Part shown: positions 23,594 to 35,751 of the stretch, in pieces | Layout of the letters: every line of letters starts with the position of its first letter | How positions within the stretch are numbered: position 1 is the stretch's first letter | Source of the DNA: Pristiophorus japonicus | Lineage: Eukaryota | Length of the DNA stretch: 64,000 nucleotides | Direction: 5' to 3' | Assembly: GCF_044704955.1 (NCBI RefSeq) | Contig: NC_091983.1 | Coordinates: forward strand, 12,958,001 to 13,022,000 | Notes under the pieces: generated by a model | The model's database searches: none | Seen by the model: only the letters and a program-made list of their open reading frames with translations | Told to the model about the DNA's origin: nothing | Made by a program: the position numbers and the translations under genes

Positions 23594-24419
23594 TGTAGTT
23601 GCACACAGTTGCCTGTCAAGTAATAGATGACTCGTTTAAAAGTTTTTCCACATGTCGCCTCTGGTTCTTTTGCCAATCACCTTAAATCTGTGCCCTCTGG
23701 TTATCAACCCTTCAGCCATTTGAAAGTTTCACTTTATTTACTCTATCTAAACCCTTCATGATTTTAAACACCTGTATCAAATCTCTTAGCTTTAAGGAGA
23801 GCAACCCTAGCTTCTCTAATCTGTCCACATAACTGAAGTCTCTCATCCTTCGAACCATTCTAGTAAATCTCTGTGCCCTCTCCAAAAACTTCATGTCCTT
23901 CATAAAATGTGGTGCCCAGAATTGGACACAACCAGCTAGAGCTGAACTAATGTTTTATATAGGATTAGCATAACTTCCTGGATTTTATTCTCTTGTGCTT
24001 CTATTTATAAAGCCCAGGATCCCTAAATACTTGAGAAAAAATTGCAGGGATATGGGGAAAGAGTGGAGGAGTGAGACAAACTGCTCTTCGAAAGAGCCAG
24101 CGCAGATTCGATGGGCTGAATGGCCTTCTTCTGTGCTGCACTATTCAATGGTTCAGCTACTATCCAGGTGTGAAAAGTGGGCAGTTCACACCTATCTAAA
24201 AATAACTATTATTTTTATATATATGTTGTCTTATTGGTATTGATTGCACTTCCACAGGTACGTCCCACTCTTGCTACTCCTGGCTCCACAGGTATATGTG
24301 CTTTAAGAATTAACTTGACTTTAGTTGGCGGCAGCGGAAGAATCCTGAGTAGAGGCAGCCCCAACGCCTGTCCGGCTCCATCAGCGACTAATTTCTGAAT
24401 GGAGTCCTTCAATAGTGTG

Positions 24420-24770
24420 CATTTTTATAGCGCTTTTAACGTGGTAAAATATCCCAAGGTGCTTCACAGGAATATTATCAAACAGAATGTGACACTGAGC
24501 CACATAAGGAGATATTGGTGATGGGTGAACGGGACTTGGTGAGAGCTAGGATACGAGCAACAGAGTTTTGGACGAGCTTAAGTTTATGGAGGGTGGAAGA
24601 TGGGAGGCCGGCCAGGAGAGTATTGGAAGAGTCAAATCTAGAGGTAACAAAGGCTTGGATGAGGGTTTCAGCAGCAGATGGGCTGAGACAGGGATAGAAA
24701 CGGGTGATGTTACAGAGGTAGAAGTAGGCAGTCTTGGTGATGAGCGGTTATGTGGTCATGAATTTAGCAG
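24420..24770 (-). mobile_element. L2 LINE fragment
   Basis: Reverse complement of the L2 3' region seen at 4620-5240. Confidence 0.7.
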
Positions 24771-25469
24771 TGGGACCAAAGCCTACATAGATTGGGTGCA
24801 GGCCTGCCAAATGGGTATGCTTTGCGCCCATCTAACAGGCACATGTACTCATGTCATCCCAGTACTTTACCAACCAATGGATTACAATGCAAGAGCAGTC
24901 ACTGTTATTACGTAGGTAAATGCAGCAACAAAGTCCCGCAATGTTTTTGATTGAGGGAGGAATGTTGGGCAGAACACCAGAGAACTCCCTGCTCTTCAGA
25001 TAATGCCATGAGTACTTTTAACGTCCACCTGAACACACAGACAGGGCCTCAGTTAAACGTTGCATCTAAAATACAGTACTGCTGACCGTGTAGCACTCCC
25101 TCTGTACTGCAATGAACTGTCAGGCCAGATTTTGTGTTGAAACACTGGAGTGGGGCCCCCACAACCTTCCGGCTGAGAAGCAAGAATCCTACCAAATGGT
25201 AAACTAATACTCGGTCTATTATTGACTGGTAAAAATTGTTTTAGGGGGTCTTGAGAAAGCATTTGGGATTTCTCCAAAGCAATTTGCTCAGTGCGGTTGT
25301 TCAGTGAGAAGCTGCTCAGACCAGGTACACCTGCTTCAGAGCCCCAATGCCTGTAATTCACTAAGAAATGGCATAGCTGAATCACAGTGGAGAGATCGGA
25401 TACCTTGGCACTTAGAACCAATGTTTGCTTCATTTTACTGTATTCAAAATAAAAACGATTTGATAGGTA

Positions 25470-26236
25470 GATAGGAACAGGAGGCGGCCATTGAGCCCCT
25501 CGAGCATGTTCCACTATACAATGAGATCATGGCTGCTCTGCGACCTAACTCCATGTACTCGCCTTTGGCCCATATCCCTCAATACCTTTGGTAAACAAAA
25601 ATCTATCAATCTCAAATTTAAGATCAACAATTGATTTATCATCAATTGGCAATTGCAGCAGAGAGTTCCAAACCTCTACCACCCTGTATGTGTAGAAGCG
25701 TTTCCTAATTTCACTCCTGAAAGGTCTGGCTCTAATTTTTTTTTCTAATTCCCCTATTCCATAGACTCCCCAACCAGCAGAAATAGTTTCTCTCTATCTA
25801 TCCTATCTGTTCCCCTTAATATCTTGAAAACTTTGATCAAATCACCCTTAATCTTTTAATCTTAATCTTAATAATTCCGGGGAAAGGAACCTTAATTTGT
25901 GTAATCTCGCCTCGCAATTTAATCCTTAGAGTCTGGTTATCATTCTGGTAAATCTACGCGGCACTCCCTCAAGGTCAATATATCCTTCCTCAGGTGTAGT
26001 GCTCAAAACTGCTCCAGATGTGGTCTAACTAGGGTTTTGTATAGTTGCAGCTCAACTTCTAGTATTCTAGTTCTCTAGATATAAAGCCAGCATTCCATTA
26101 GCCTTTTTGATTATTTTCTGTACATGTTTGACATTTTAATATTCTATGTACCTGGACCTCCAAGCCTTATTTGGACCACCACTGATTTTAACTTTTCACT
26201 ATTTAGAAAGTACCCTGTTCTATCCTTTTTAGGTCC
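25470..26236 (-). mobile_element. older CR1 LINE 3' fragment flanking the provirus 5' LTR
   Basis: CR1 tail at ~25470 and degenerate RT C-terminal sequence running up to the TSD. Confidence 0.7.
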
Positions 26237-26711
26237 TGCAAGATTGATTATCAAAGATGTTATCTGGCTATTATGAAGGCCCTGAGCTCGCTAAACAAAA
26301 AGGTATGCTTAAAACTATACATACGCATAGAGCCACAAGATGACCACTCGTTGAAGGTATGCTTAAAATTGCACGTACACAAGATGACCACTCATTGACC
26401 TCGGGCTCAAGGGAGCAATATAACACTATAAGGCGAGTGACACTGGGAAGAAGGGAACACATGGGTATTTGATCATGCGTTGGTACAGCCAATCACATCA
26501 CTGTTAAGATCTGTCCACGAGGACACCCATGTGCTAAACCCTGTATAATTAAAGTGCAATTTGAACAGCTCGTTGGAGATCCTCTCTCAGGCGGCTGAGA
26601 AGTGAGATGCTCCCCCTTCGCGTGTTGGAATTAAAGTCATTGAAACTTATCCAAGGTATCAGTCTGTTGAATCCGGGCTTGTTGAGAGGAGAAGGGCGAT
26701 TCTCCCCATCA
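26237..26711 (+). mobile_element. 5' LTR of the ERV (475 bp)
   Basis: TGCAAG...CCCCATCA. CCAAT at ~26489, TATAA at ~26544, ATTAAA at ~26630. An internal duplication in U3 is absent from the 3' LTR. Confidence 0.93.
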
Positions 26712-26713
26712 AC

Positions 26714-26731
26714 TGGCGTAGTCGACAGGAT
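26714..26731 (+). promoter_or_regulatory. primer binding site, tRNA-Ser
   Basis: TGGCGTAGTCGACAGGAT, 2 nt after the LTR. It matches the complement of the vertebrate tRNA-Ser 3' end (TGGCGTAGTCGGCAGGAT, as recalled) at 17/18. Confidence 0.85.
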
Positions 26732-26753
26732 ACAGACTCGCTGACCTGAAACG

Positions 26754-26770
26754 ATGTGGCAGCTGTTGGG
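26754..26770 (+). CDS. env: env leader exon (MWQLL-G) upstream of gag, followed by the major splice donor
   Basis: ATG TGG CAG CTG TTG GG|GTGAGT. Splicing to 35752 yields the signal peptide MWQLLGTLVLVGGILG. Confidence 0.7.
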
Positions 26771-27013
26771 GTGAGTACTTTTTAAATACAAGTTAGAGCT
26801 GTTACACTGTTTATGGGAAAGGAGGAAATCTGTAGAAAGAACAAAAACGAGCCACGGAGAGGACGGAGATCAAGGAATAAGGACGACTTGGGGTATATGA
26901 TCGTCTCTAACGCGGTCAACCGGGGCGCTAATGAACAAGTATCGTCCAGGAGATGCGATGGAGGTACAAGAGTAGCCCACTAAGGGAAAGGTAGCCTCTT
27001 AGCGATCTTAGAA

Positions 27014-28605
27014 ATGGCCGGCGAATATAATTGGGGCCCCCGAGGGATCTATAGCGAAAATACTAGCAGATAAAACATGAAACTAATTGAGGGAATGAAG
27101 AAAAAGGGATGGCAACCAGACGACCCACCGGAGAAGCAGGCAAAGTGGTGGGAGTGCCAGCTGAGAAATAAAGGGGACCGGGCTCATATGGTAGTATTAG
27201 CCTGCTATCGGGAACAAAATAAAGAGATGGAAAGAAAGGATCAGATAATACAGGAATTAAAAGCTAAAATAAAAAAGATGGAAGTGGCGGAAGCAAGGAA
27301 TGGTACAACATGTGCAGCAGTAACTGGGCGACCTACAGCACCACCTACACTGGTACCAATATATCCCCCACTGGAACTTTTAAGTGAAGAAATCCAGAAT
27401 AGTGGGGGACCAGAGTGGGATGAGTTGGCTAATGAGGCTCGCAAATATACTCCAGACTATGACGATTGGGGAAGAGAAGGTGGGCCTCCCCCATACGAGA
27501 AGGTATGGGCAGCCCCGATCAAGGTACAATCTGTAACCGGCCACCCAACTACACCGGCTGCCGGAGGCAACCCGGGAGCCCCCACAATACCTGCCATGGC
27601 ACCTCGGATAAAAACTACCGATGTGTCACTGACACCCGGGGACACATTGAAGTTATTACAAATGTTACCCAAGTTAGAGAGGAGACGAAGTACTTAAGAG
27701 TTTTGGCAGAAAATACGGGAAATAAGAATCTACCACAGCCTTCACAACCGAGATGTGGAAGCGTTAGTAAGAGCAAAAATGACTGAAGAAATGCGGCAAC
27801 AGTTGGGACAACGATAAAGGGACGGCACTTGGTGTGCGATGATAGCCCCCACTGTTGCGCAGTCGGGGGCAGATTATTAGGCGTTTAAAGCAGACATAAC
27901 TCGGGTAGCAGGAGCAATACCCATAAACTGGGGAATAATCATGGGGGTCACTCAAAACAAGGGGGAATCCGCACATGACTATGCAGAGTGGAAATGATTG
28001 AGCTTCCAAACGTATTTGGGAAATATTGAACTCCACCAGGGATAATCAAGCATTCCTAAAAATATACAAAGACGGCTTGAGTACTGCACACCAAGACTTA
28101 TTAAAAGCAGGGCTAGTTACAATGAAAAACTATGACGTCTTGTCCAGATGGGCATCTGAGTTGGATGTTACTCAGAAAAGGAAAGTAGCTGTGGTAGAAG
28201 CGCACGTGGCCGCAGTGGCGAAAGGAACGAGTGAGGAAGGAAAACTATGCGCAGCCCCCTTGACTTGTTTTAATTGTGGAAAAGGCCACTTTAGTAGAGT
28301 GCCAGCAGAAAAAAGGGGCTCAAGGGAGGGATGGACAATCAAGGCCGAAGTGCCAGAACTGCGACAAACTAGGCCATACAGCGAGGAAATGCTGGGTTAA
28401 GGGGGGGGGGGGGGGGCGGGGGGAGGGGCAGAAGGACAGGGACCCGGACAGATTAGGAGTCCCAGGAGGAGAATCAACCCTGACCAGGGGAGAAGTGGTA
28501 GCGCTCCTTAAAGCAGCTCAGCGGCTTCCGTGGCCATTCCCCCCGCAAGAGAGGCTTTCTAACGAGGACATCATAAGTATGCTACGGTTGGCAGCCACTC
28601 AATAG
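27014..28605 (+). pseudogene. gag: ERV gag (frameshifted)
   Basis: PTAP (27332), YPPL (27362) and PPPY (27485). Zinc knuckles CFNCGK.GH (~28265) and CQNCDKLGHTARKC (~28351). Ends at TAG 28603-28605. Confidence 0.85.
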
Positions 28606-29685
28606 CGGTTACCGGCCCCCAGTGAAAATGTGGGACCACAAAGAGAGGATCCAAGAATGTTTATTGGCGCAGTGTTAGGGGGCCGGTAGTGCGAGATTCT
28701 GATAGACACGGGCGTGTCAATATCTATAACTAATCTAGACTTACCCCTTACCAAGGAAACGATCAGCATACAAGGAGTGGGAGGAGGTAACAGAAAGGCA
28801 ACTTTAAGTGAAATTGTACTATTGGAAGTGTTATATATGCAGACTATAGATATACTCTGTGTAGTCACTGTATAGTTGCATAAGATGGAGACTTGTTACC
28901 TGATGTACTATCAAATAAGGTTTACACTGTGTATATACTATGCTGGCACCACTAGAGGGTGCAACTTGTGGAAACCAGGGTTTCCTGCTTCTGTGGCAGA
29001 GGCTGCCCACCAAAGGGCACTGCGGTGGGAGACCTGAGGGTCACCTGCATAAGTGTGCAGGGGCCCAGTATAAAAGGCTGCCCATCATGCTTGTGCCTCA
29101 CTTTGGAGTTACGAATAAAGGACCAAGGTCACTACACTTTGAGTACAACACATTGCCTCGTGGAGACATTCATAAGTGCATTACAGACATAACAGGAAGT
29201 ACAAGGGATAGCACTACCCACCCAGTTTTGGTGCTGCCCCAATCCCAAAGGCACTATATTAGGAATAGAAACATTAAGGGAAATAGGGGTATTAATAGAC
29301 CCCCAGCGTAACCGAGTAGTCTGGGGAGAAGCAGCACGAAACTCAGTGTAAATTTAACCACCTGGGCCATCAGCAGCAGCAGGTGGCTGGGATCCGTCCA
29401 ATAGATCCCGAGTGAGAAAGAAAGGGTGCCTGAGGAAGTATGTGTCAGTGATACCCTGCCTTATGGGCCCAACACAAACAGGACTGTGGGTTGGTAGGGC
29501 CCAAGTCAGTCAAGATCCCAGGTCCAGAACACAAAGCCCACCTGCAATACCCACTGAAGCCAGACGCTGAAGCAACTGTCCTTCAGATAGTGAAAGAATT
29601 GGAAAGCAAGGGGTGGTGAGACAAACAATAGCTATGACTGACCAGTATGGCCAGTAAAGAAACCAGATGCCTCATATTGGCTGAC
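28606..29685 (+). pseudogene. pol: ERV protease and RT N-terminus (interrupted by a solo LTR)
   Basis: ILIDTGVSISIT (DTG at 28705) and IQGVGG. After removing the LTR the frame continues EVQGIALPTQFW..GTILGIETL. RT start reads LWAQHKQDCG..QYPL..PVWPVKKPD. Confidence 0.85.
28829..29194 (+). mobile_element. Gypsy-type solo LTR inserted in the ERV protease
   Basis: TGTTAT...ATAACA inverted termini, TSD GGAAG (28824-28828 and 29195-29199), TATAAAA and AATAAA present. Confidence 0.9.
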
Positions 29686-32600
29686 TGGGAGCAATCCTGT
29701 GCTATGTGGGAAATTGGGTATGTGTGCAGGAAGTGTATCCAGCTGCAGCTCTTGACAGACTGCATTGCAGCACTGGAGCTGCGCATGGATTCACTCTGGA
29801 GCATCCGCAATGCTGAGGATGTCACGAATAGCATGTTTAGTGAGTAGGTAAAGGTTACACAGGCAGATAGGGAATGGGTGATCATCGGGAAGAGCAGTGG
29901 AAGGAAGATAGTGCAGGGGGCCCCTGCGGTAATCTCCCTCCAAAACAGATATACCACCTTGGGTCCTGTTGGGGAAGATGGCTCATCAGGGGAGGGTAGC
30001 AGCAGCCAAGTTCATGGCACCAGGGGTGGCTCTGCTGTGCAGGAGGGCAGTGGACGAGCTATTGTGGTTGGGGCATTCTATTGTAAGGGGAATAGAGGGG
30101 CGTTTCTGCAGCCGCAAACAAGACTCCAGGATGGTATGTTGCCTCTCTGGTGCAAGGGTCAAGGATGTCTCGGAGCGGCTGCAGGACATTCTGGAGGGGG
30201 AGGGTGAACAGCCAGTTGTGGTGGTGCATATAGGTACCAACAATATAGGTAAAAAGCAGGATAAGGTCCTACAAACTGAATTTAGGGAGCAAGGAGTTAA
30301 ATTAAAAGGTAGGACCTCAAAAAGGTAGTAATCTCAGGATTGCTACCAGTGCCACGTGCCAGTCAGAGTAGAAATAGTAGGATAGTTAGGAATGAATACA
30401 TGGCTTGAGAAATGGTGCAAAAGGGAGGGATTCAAATTCCTGGGACATTGGAACCGTTTCTGAGAGGTGGGACCAGTACAAACTGGACGGTCTGCACCTG
30501 GGCAGAACTGGAACCGGTGTCCTAGGAGGAGTGTTTGCTAGTGTTGTTGGGGAGGATTTAAACTAATAGGGCAGGGGGACAGAGGGAAGAAAAAATGGGG
30601 TCAGAAGCTAAAGGTATAAAGGAGAAAAGTAGAAGTGGAGGGCAGAAAAATCAAAGACAAAAATCAAAAAAGGCCACATTACAACATAATTCCAGAAGGA
30701 CAAAGAGTGTTAAAAAGCAAGCCTGAAGGCTCCGAGTCTTAATGCGAGGAGCATTCGTAATAAGGTGGATGAAGGCGTTAACGGATATGATGTAATTGGG
30801 ATTACGGAGACATGGCTCCAGGGTGACCAAGGCTGGGAACTCAACATCCAAGGGCATTCAATATTCAGGAAAGATAAGACTGAAAGGAAAAGGGGTAGCG
30901 TTGCTGGTTAAAGAGGAGATTAACACCATAGTAAGGAAGTACATTAGCGTGGATGAGGTGGAATCTGTATGGGTACAGCTGCGGAACACCAAAGGGCAGA
31001 AAACGCTAGGGAGTTGTGTACAGACCACCAAACAATCATAGTGAGGTTGGGGATGGCATCAAATAAGAAATTAGGGATCTGTGCAATAAAGGTGCCGCAG
31101 TTATCATGGGTGACTTTAATCTACATATAGATTGGGCTAAACAAACTGGTAGCAATACGGTGGAGGAGGATTTCCTGGAGTGTATAAGGGATGGTTTTCT
31201 AGACCAATATGTCGAGGAACCAACTAGAGAGCTGGCCATCCTAGACTGGGTGTTGTGTAATGAGAGGATTAATTAACAATCTTGTTATGCGAGGCCCCTT
31301 GGGGAAGAGTGACCATAATATGGTAGAATTCTTCATTAAGATGGAGAGTGACAGTCAATTCAGAGACTAGAGTCCTGAACTTAAAGGAGGGTAACTTTGA
31401 AGGTATGAGGCTTAAATTAGCTAGGATTGAGCGGCAAATGATACTTAAGGGGTTGACTGTAGATGGGCAATGGCAGACATTTAGAGACCGCATGGATGAA
31501 CTACAACAATTGTACATTCCTGTCTGTCGTAAAAATAAAAAAGGGAAGGTGGATCAACCGTGGCTATCAAGGGAAATCAGGGATAGTATTAAAGCCAAGG
31601 AAGTGGCATACAAATTGGCCAGAAATAGCAGTGAACCTGGGGACTGGGAGAAATTTAGAACTCAGCAGAGGACAAAGGGTTTGATTAGGGCAGGGAAAAT
31701 TGAGTACGAGAAGAAGCTTGCAGGGAACATTAAGACGGATTGCAAAAGTTTCTATAGATATATAAAGAGAAAAAGGTTAGTAAAGACAAACTTAGGTCCC
31801 CTGCAGTCAGAATCAGGGGAAGTCATAACGGGGAACAAAGAAATGGCGGACCAATTGAACAAGTACTTTGGTTCGGTATTCACTAAGGAGGACACTAACA
31901 ACCTTCTGGATATAAGAGGGGTCAGAGGGTCTAGTAAGGAGGAACTGAGGGAAATCCTTATTAGTCGGGAAATTGTGTTGGGGAAATTAATGGGATTGAA
32001 GGCCGATAAATCCCCAGGGCCTGATGGACTGCATCCCAGAGTACTTAAGGAGGTGGCCTTGGAAATAGCGGATGCATTGACAGTCATTTTCCAACATTCC
32101 ATTGACTCTGGATCAGTTCCTATCGAGTGGAGGGTAGCCAATGTAACCCCACTTTTAAAAAAAGGAGGGAGAGAAAACAGGGAATTATAGACCGGTAAGC
32201 CTGACATCGGTAGTGGGTAAGATGATGGAATCAATTATTAAGGATGTCATAGCAGCGCATTTGGAAAGAGGTGACATGATAGGTCCAAGTCAACATGGAT
32301 TTGTGAAAGGGAAATCATGCTTGACAAATCTTCTAGAATTTTTTGAGGATGTTTCCAGTAGAGTGGACAAGGGAGAACCAGTTGATGTGGTATATTTGGA
32401 CTTTCAGAAGGCTTTCAACAAGGTCCTACACAGAAGATTAATGTGCAAAGTTAAAGCACATGAGATTGGGGTTAGTGTGCTGACATGGATTGAGAACTGG
32501 TTGTCAGACAGGAAGCAAAGAGTAGGAGTGAATGGGTACTTTTCAGAATGGCAGGCGGTGACTAGTGGGGTACCGCAAGGTTCTGTGCTGGGGCCCCAGC

Positions 32601-33578
32601 TGTTTACACTGTACATTAATGATTTAGACGAGGGGATTAAATATAGTATCTCCAAATTTGCGGATGACACTAAGTTAGGTGGCAGTGTGAGCTGCGAGGA
32701 GAATGCTATGAGGCTGCAGAGCGACTTGGATATGTTAGGTGAGTGGGCAAATGCATGAAGTATAATGTGGATAAATGTGAGGTTATCCACTTTGGTGGTA
32801 AAAACAGAGAGACAGACTATTATCTGAATGGTGACAGATTAGGAAAAGGGGAGGTGCAACGAGACCTGGGTGTCATGGTACATCAGTCATTGAAGGTTGG
32901 CATGCAGGTACAGCAGGCAGTTAAGAAAGCAAATGGCATGTTGGCCTTCATAGCGAGGGGATTTGAGTATAGGGGCAGGGAGGTGTTGCTACAGTTGTAC
33001 AGGGCCTTGGTGAGGCCACACCTGGAGTATTGTGTACAGTTTTGGTCTCCTAACTTGAGGAAGGACATTCTTGCTATTGAGGGAGTGCAGCGAAGGTTCA
33101 CCAGACTGATTCCCGGGATGGCGGGACTGACCTATCAAGAAAGACTGGATCAACTGGGCTTGTATTCACTGGAGTTCAGAAGAATGAGAGGGGACCTTAT
33201 AGAAACGTTTAAAATTCTGATGGGTTTAGACAGGTTAGATGCAGGAAGAATGTTCCCAATGTTGGGGAAGTCCAGATCCAGGGGTCACAGTCTAAGGATA
33301 AGGGGTAAGCCATTTAGGACCGAGATGAGGAGGAACTTCTTCACCCAGAGTGGTGAACCTGTGGAATTCTCTACCACAGAACGTTGTTGAGGCCAATTCA
33401 CTAAATATATTCAAAAAAGAGTTAGATGTAGTCCTTATTACTAAGGGAATCAAGGGGTATGGTGAGAAAGCAGGAATGGGGCACTGAAGTTGCATGTTCA
33501 GCCATGAACTCATTGAATGGCGGTGCAGGCTAGAAGGGCCGAATGGCCTACTCCTGCACCTATTTTCTATGTTTCTAT
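29686..33578 (+). mobile_element. near full-length CR1 LINE (ORF1 zinc-finger/SGNH esterase, ORF2 EN+RT), degenerate, nested in the ERV pol
   Basis: ORF1: CAMWE..YVCRKC, CLSGARVKDV, VHIGTNNI and DGLHL. ORF2: LNARSI, ITETWL, GDFN, SDHN, QGSVLGP and FADD. Tail TTCTATGTTTCTAT. Confidence 0.92.
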
Positions 33579-33636
33579 ATATATATATATAAAAAAAATA
33601 CACACACACACACACACACGTGTGTGTGTGTCTATA
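33575..33636. repeat. compound microsatellite (TA)n-A-run-(CA)n-(TG)n
   Basis: Read directly from the sequence. Confidence 0.85.
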
Positions 33637-34627
33637 TAGGCAATGGCAGACATTTAAAGATCACATGGATGAACTTCAACAATTGTACATCCCTGTCTGG
33701 AGTAAAAATAAAACAGGGTAGGTGGCTCAACTGTGGCTTCCAAGGGAAATTAGGGATAGTGTTAAATCCAAGGATGAGGCATATAAAGTGGCCAAAAAAG
33801 CAGCAAACCTGAGGACTGGGAGAAATGTAGAATTCATCAGAGGAGGACAAAAGGTTTAATTATGAAGGGGAAAATAGAATATGAGTGTAAGCTTGCAGGG
33901 AACATAAAAACTGACTGCAAAAGCTTTATAGATATGTGAAGAGAAAAAAGATTAGTGAAGACAAATGTGGGTCCCTTACAGTCAGAATGAGGCAAATTTA
34001 TAATGGGGAACAAAGAAATGGCAGACCAAATGAACAAATACTTTGGTTCGGTCTTCACTAAGGAAGACACAAATAATCTACCGGAAATACTAGGGGACCG
34101 AGGGTCTTAGCGAGAAGGAGGAACTAAAGGAAATCCTTATTAATCGGCAAATTGTGTTAGGAAAATTGATGGGATTGAAGGCCGATAAATCCCCAGGGCC
34201 CGACAGTCTGCATCCCAGAGTACTTAAGGAAGTGGCGTTAGAAATAGTGGATGCATTGGTGGTAATTTTCTAACATTCTATAGACTCTAGATCAGTTCAT
34301 ATGGATTGGAGGGTAGCTAATATAACTCCACTTTTTAAAGAAAGGAGAGAGAAAACATGGAATTATAGACCGGTCAGCCTGACATCGGTGGTGGGAAAAT
34401 GTTGGAATCAATTATTAAAGATGTAATAGCAGCACATTTGGAAAGCAGTGACAGGATCGGTCCAAGTCAGCCTGGATTTTTGAAAGGGAAATCATGCTTG
34501 ACAAATCTTCTAGAATTTTTTTAGGACGTAACTAGTAGAGTGGACAAGGGGGAGCCAGTGGATGTGGTGTATTTAGACTTTCAAAAGGCTTTTGACAAGG
34601 TCCCACACAAGAGATTAGTGTGCAAAT
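33637..34627 (+). mobile_element. internal CR1 ORF2 fragment (no 3' tail) fused to the ERV integrase region
   Basis: Runs from GQWQTF to [17 protein letters not shown], then switches abruptly to retroviral sequence. Confidence 0.88.
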
Positions 34628-35703
34628 GGTGGGACAGGGAGCTAAACAAGGCGTGGACAGAATCTGGAGGAAAGATTGTAATGTGGTAGCCCCAGAGTGC
34701 ATATGACAAAGCCTACTGAGTATATACCACGGGTATGCGCATACAGGTAAGACCAGCATGACGAGTTCAATATCCCAATGCCAGTGGTGGAAGGGAATGG
34801 GAAGAGATACAAATAATTATTGTAGGAAGTGCTTAACATGTGCAAAGCATAACCCAGGTGGAAAAAGAAAAGGTCAGAATGGGACACCAACCCTGACCAA
34901 AAGGACCATGGGAAAATCTGCAGATAAGACTTCACGGGCCCACTGCCCAATCACCAGGGAAAAACATGTTGTTTGGTTATAATAGATCAATTCACAAAAT
35001 GGGTAGAAGCTTTCGCAACTAGAAATTGCTCAGCTGAGACGGTGACTCGAATATTAGAAGAAATTATACCTCGGTGGGGAATGCCCCTACAGATAGATTC
35101 AGATCAGGGTACACACTTCACGGGTAAAGTAATGAAACAAGCATGCGCCCTTACTGGGAATCAGGCAGAAATTCCATATCCCCCATCATCCGGATTAGTA
35201 GAACGACGAATAGGACCCTGAAGAACGCACTGGCTAAGGTGATCGACGAGACATGAAAGGGATGGGTAGATATGCTGCCCCAGATTTTAATGAAGTTAAG
35301 GGCGACCCCAAACCGGACCACCAGACTCTCACCTTTCAAGCTAATGACAGGAAGGGCAATGAGATTACCTGAGGTTCTAGTGACGGGGAGTGATGATGTC
35401 AGACCCTACTGGGACCGAGTAAGGAGATTTGTGATGGAATTATGTAAACAATTACATGATCTGAAGGCACACGCCAGGGATCAGCAAGTGATCAAGGACT
35501 TGGAAACTGGCACCAAGGAACAAAAGGCTCAGATACCACAGGTTGGGAGCAAGGTAATGATAAAAATAATCCTCGAAAAGCCAGGATTTTCACCAAAATG
35601 GACAGGCCCTCACCAGGTAATAATGGTAAGCGACACGTGCGCGTGCGTGGCGATAGGTGGAACCGGACGGTGAAAACATTGGACACAGTTGAGTGCAACA
35701 TGA
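34628..35703 (+). pseudogene. pol: ERV integrase (HHCC zinc finger, DDE core, GPY/F-like C-terminus), frameshifted
   Basis: YHGYAHTG...CRKCLTC; IIDQFTKWVEAF; IDSDQGTHFT; SSGLVER; LRATPNRTTRLSPF; PKWTGPHQV. Confidence 0.9.
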
Positions 35704-35751
35704 GACCCTAACTAACCAGTGACGACCGGGAAAACATGTTGTGTTTTACAG

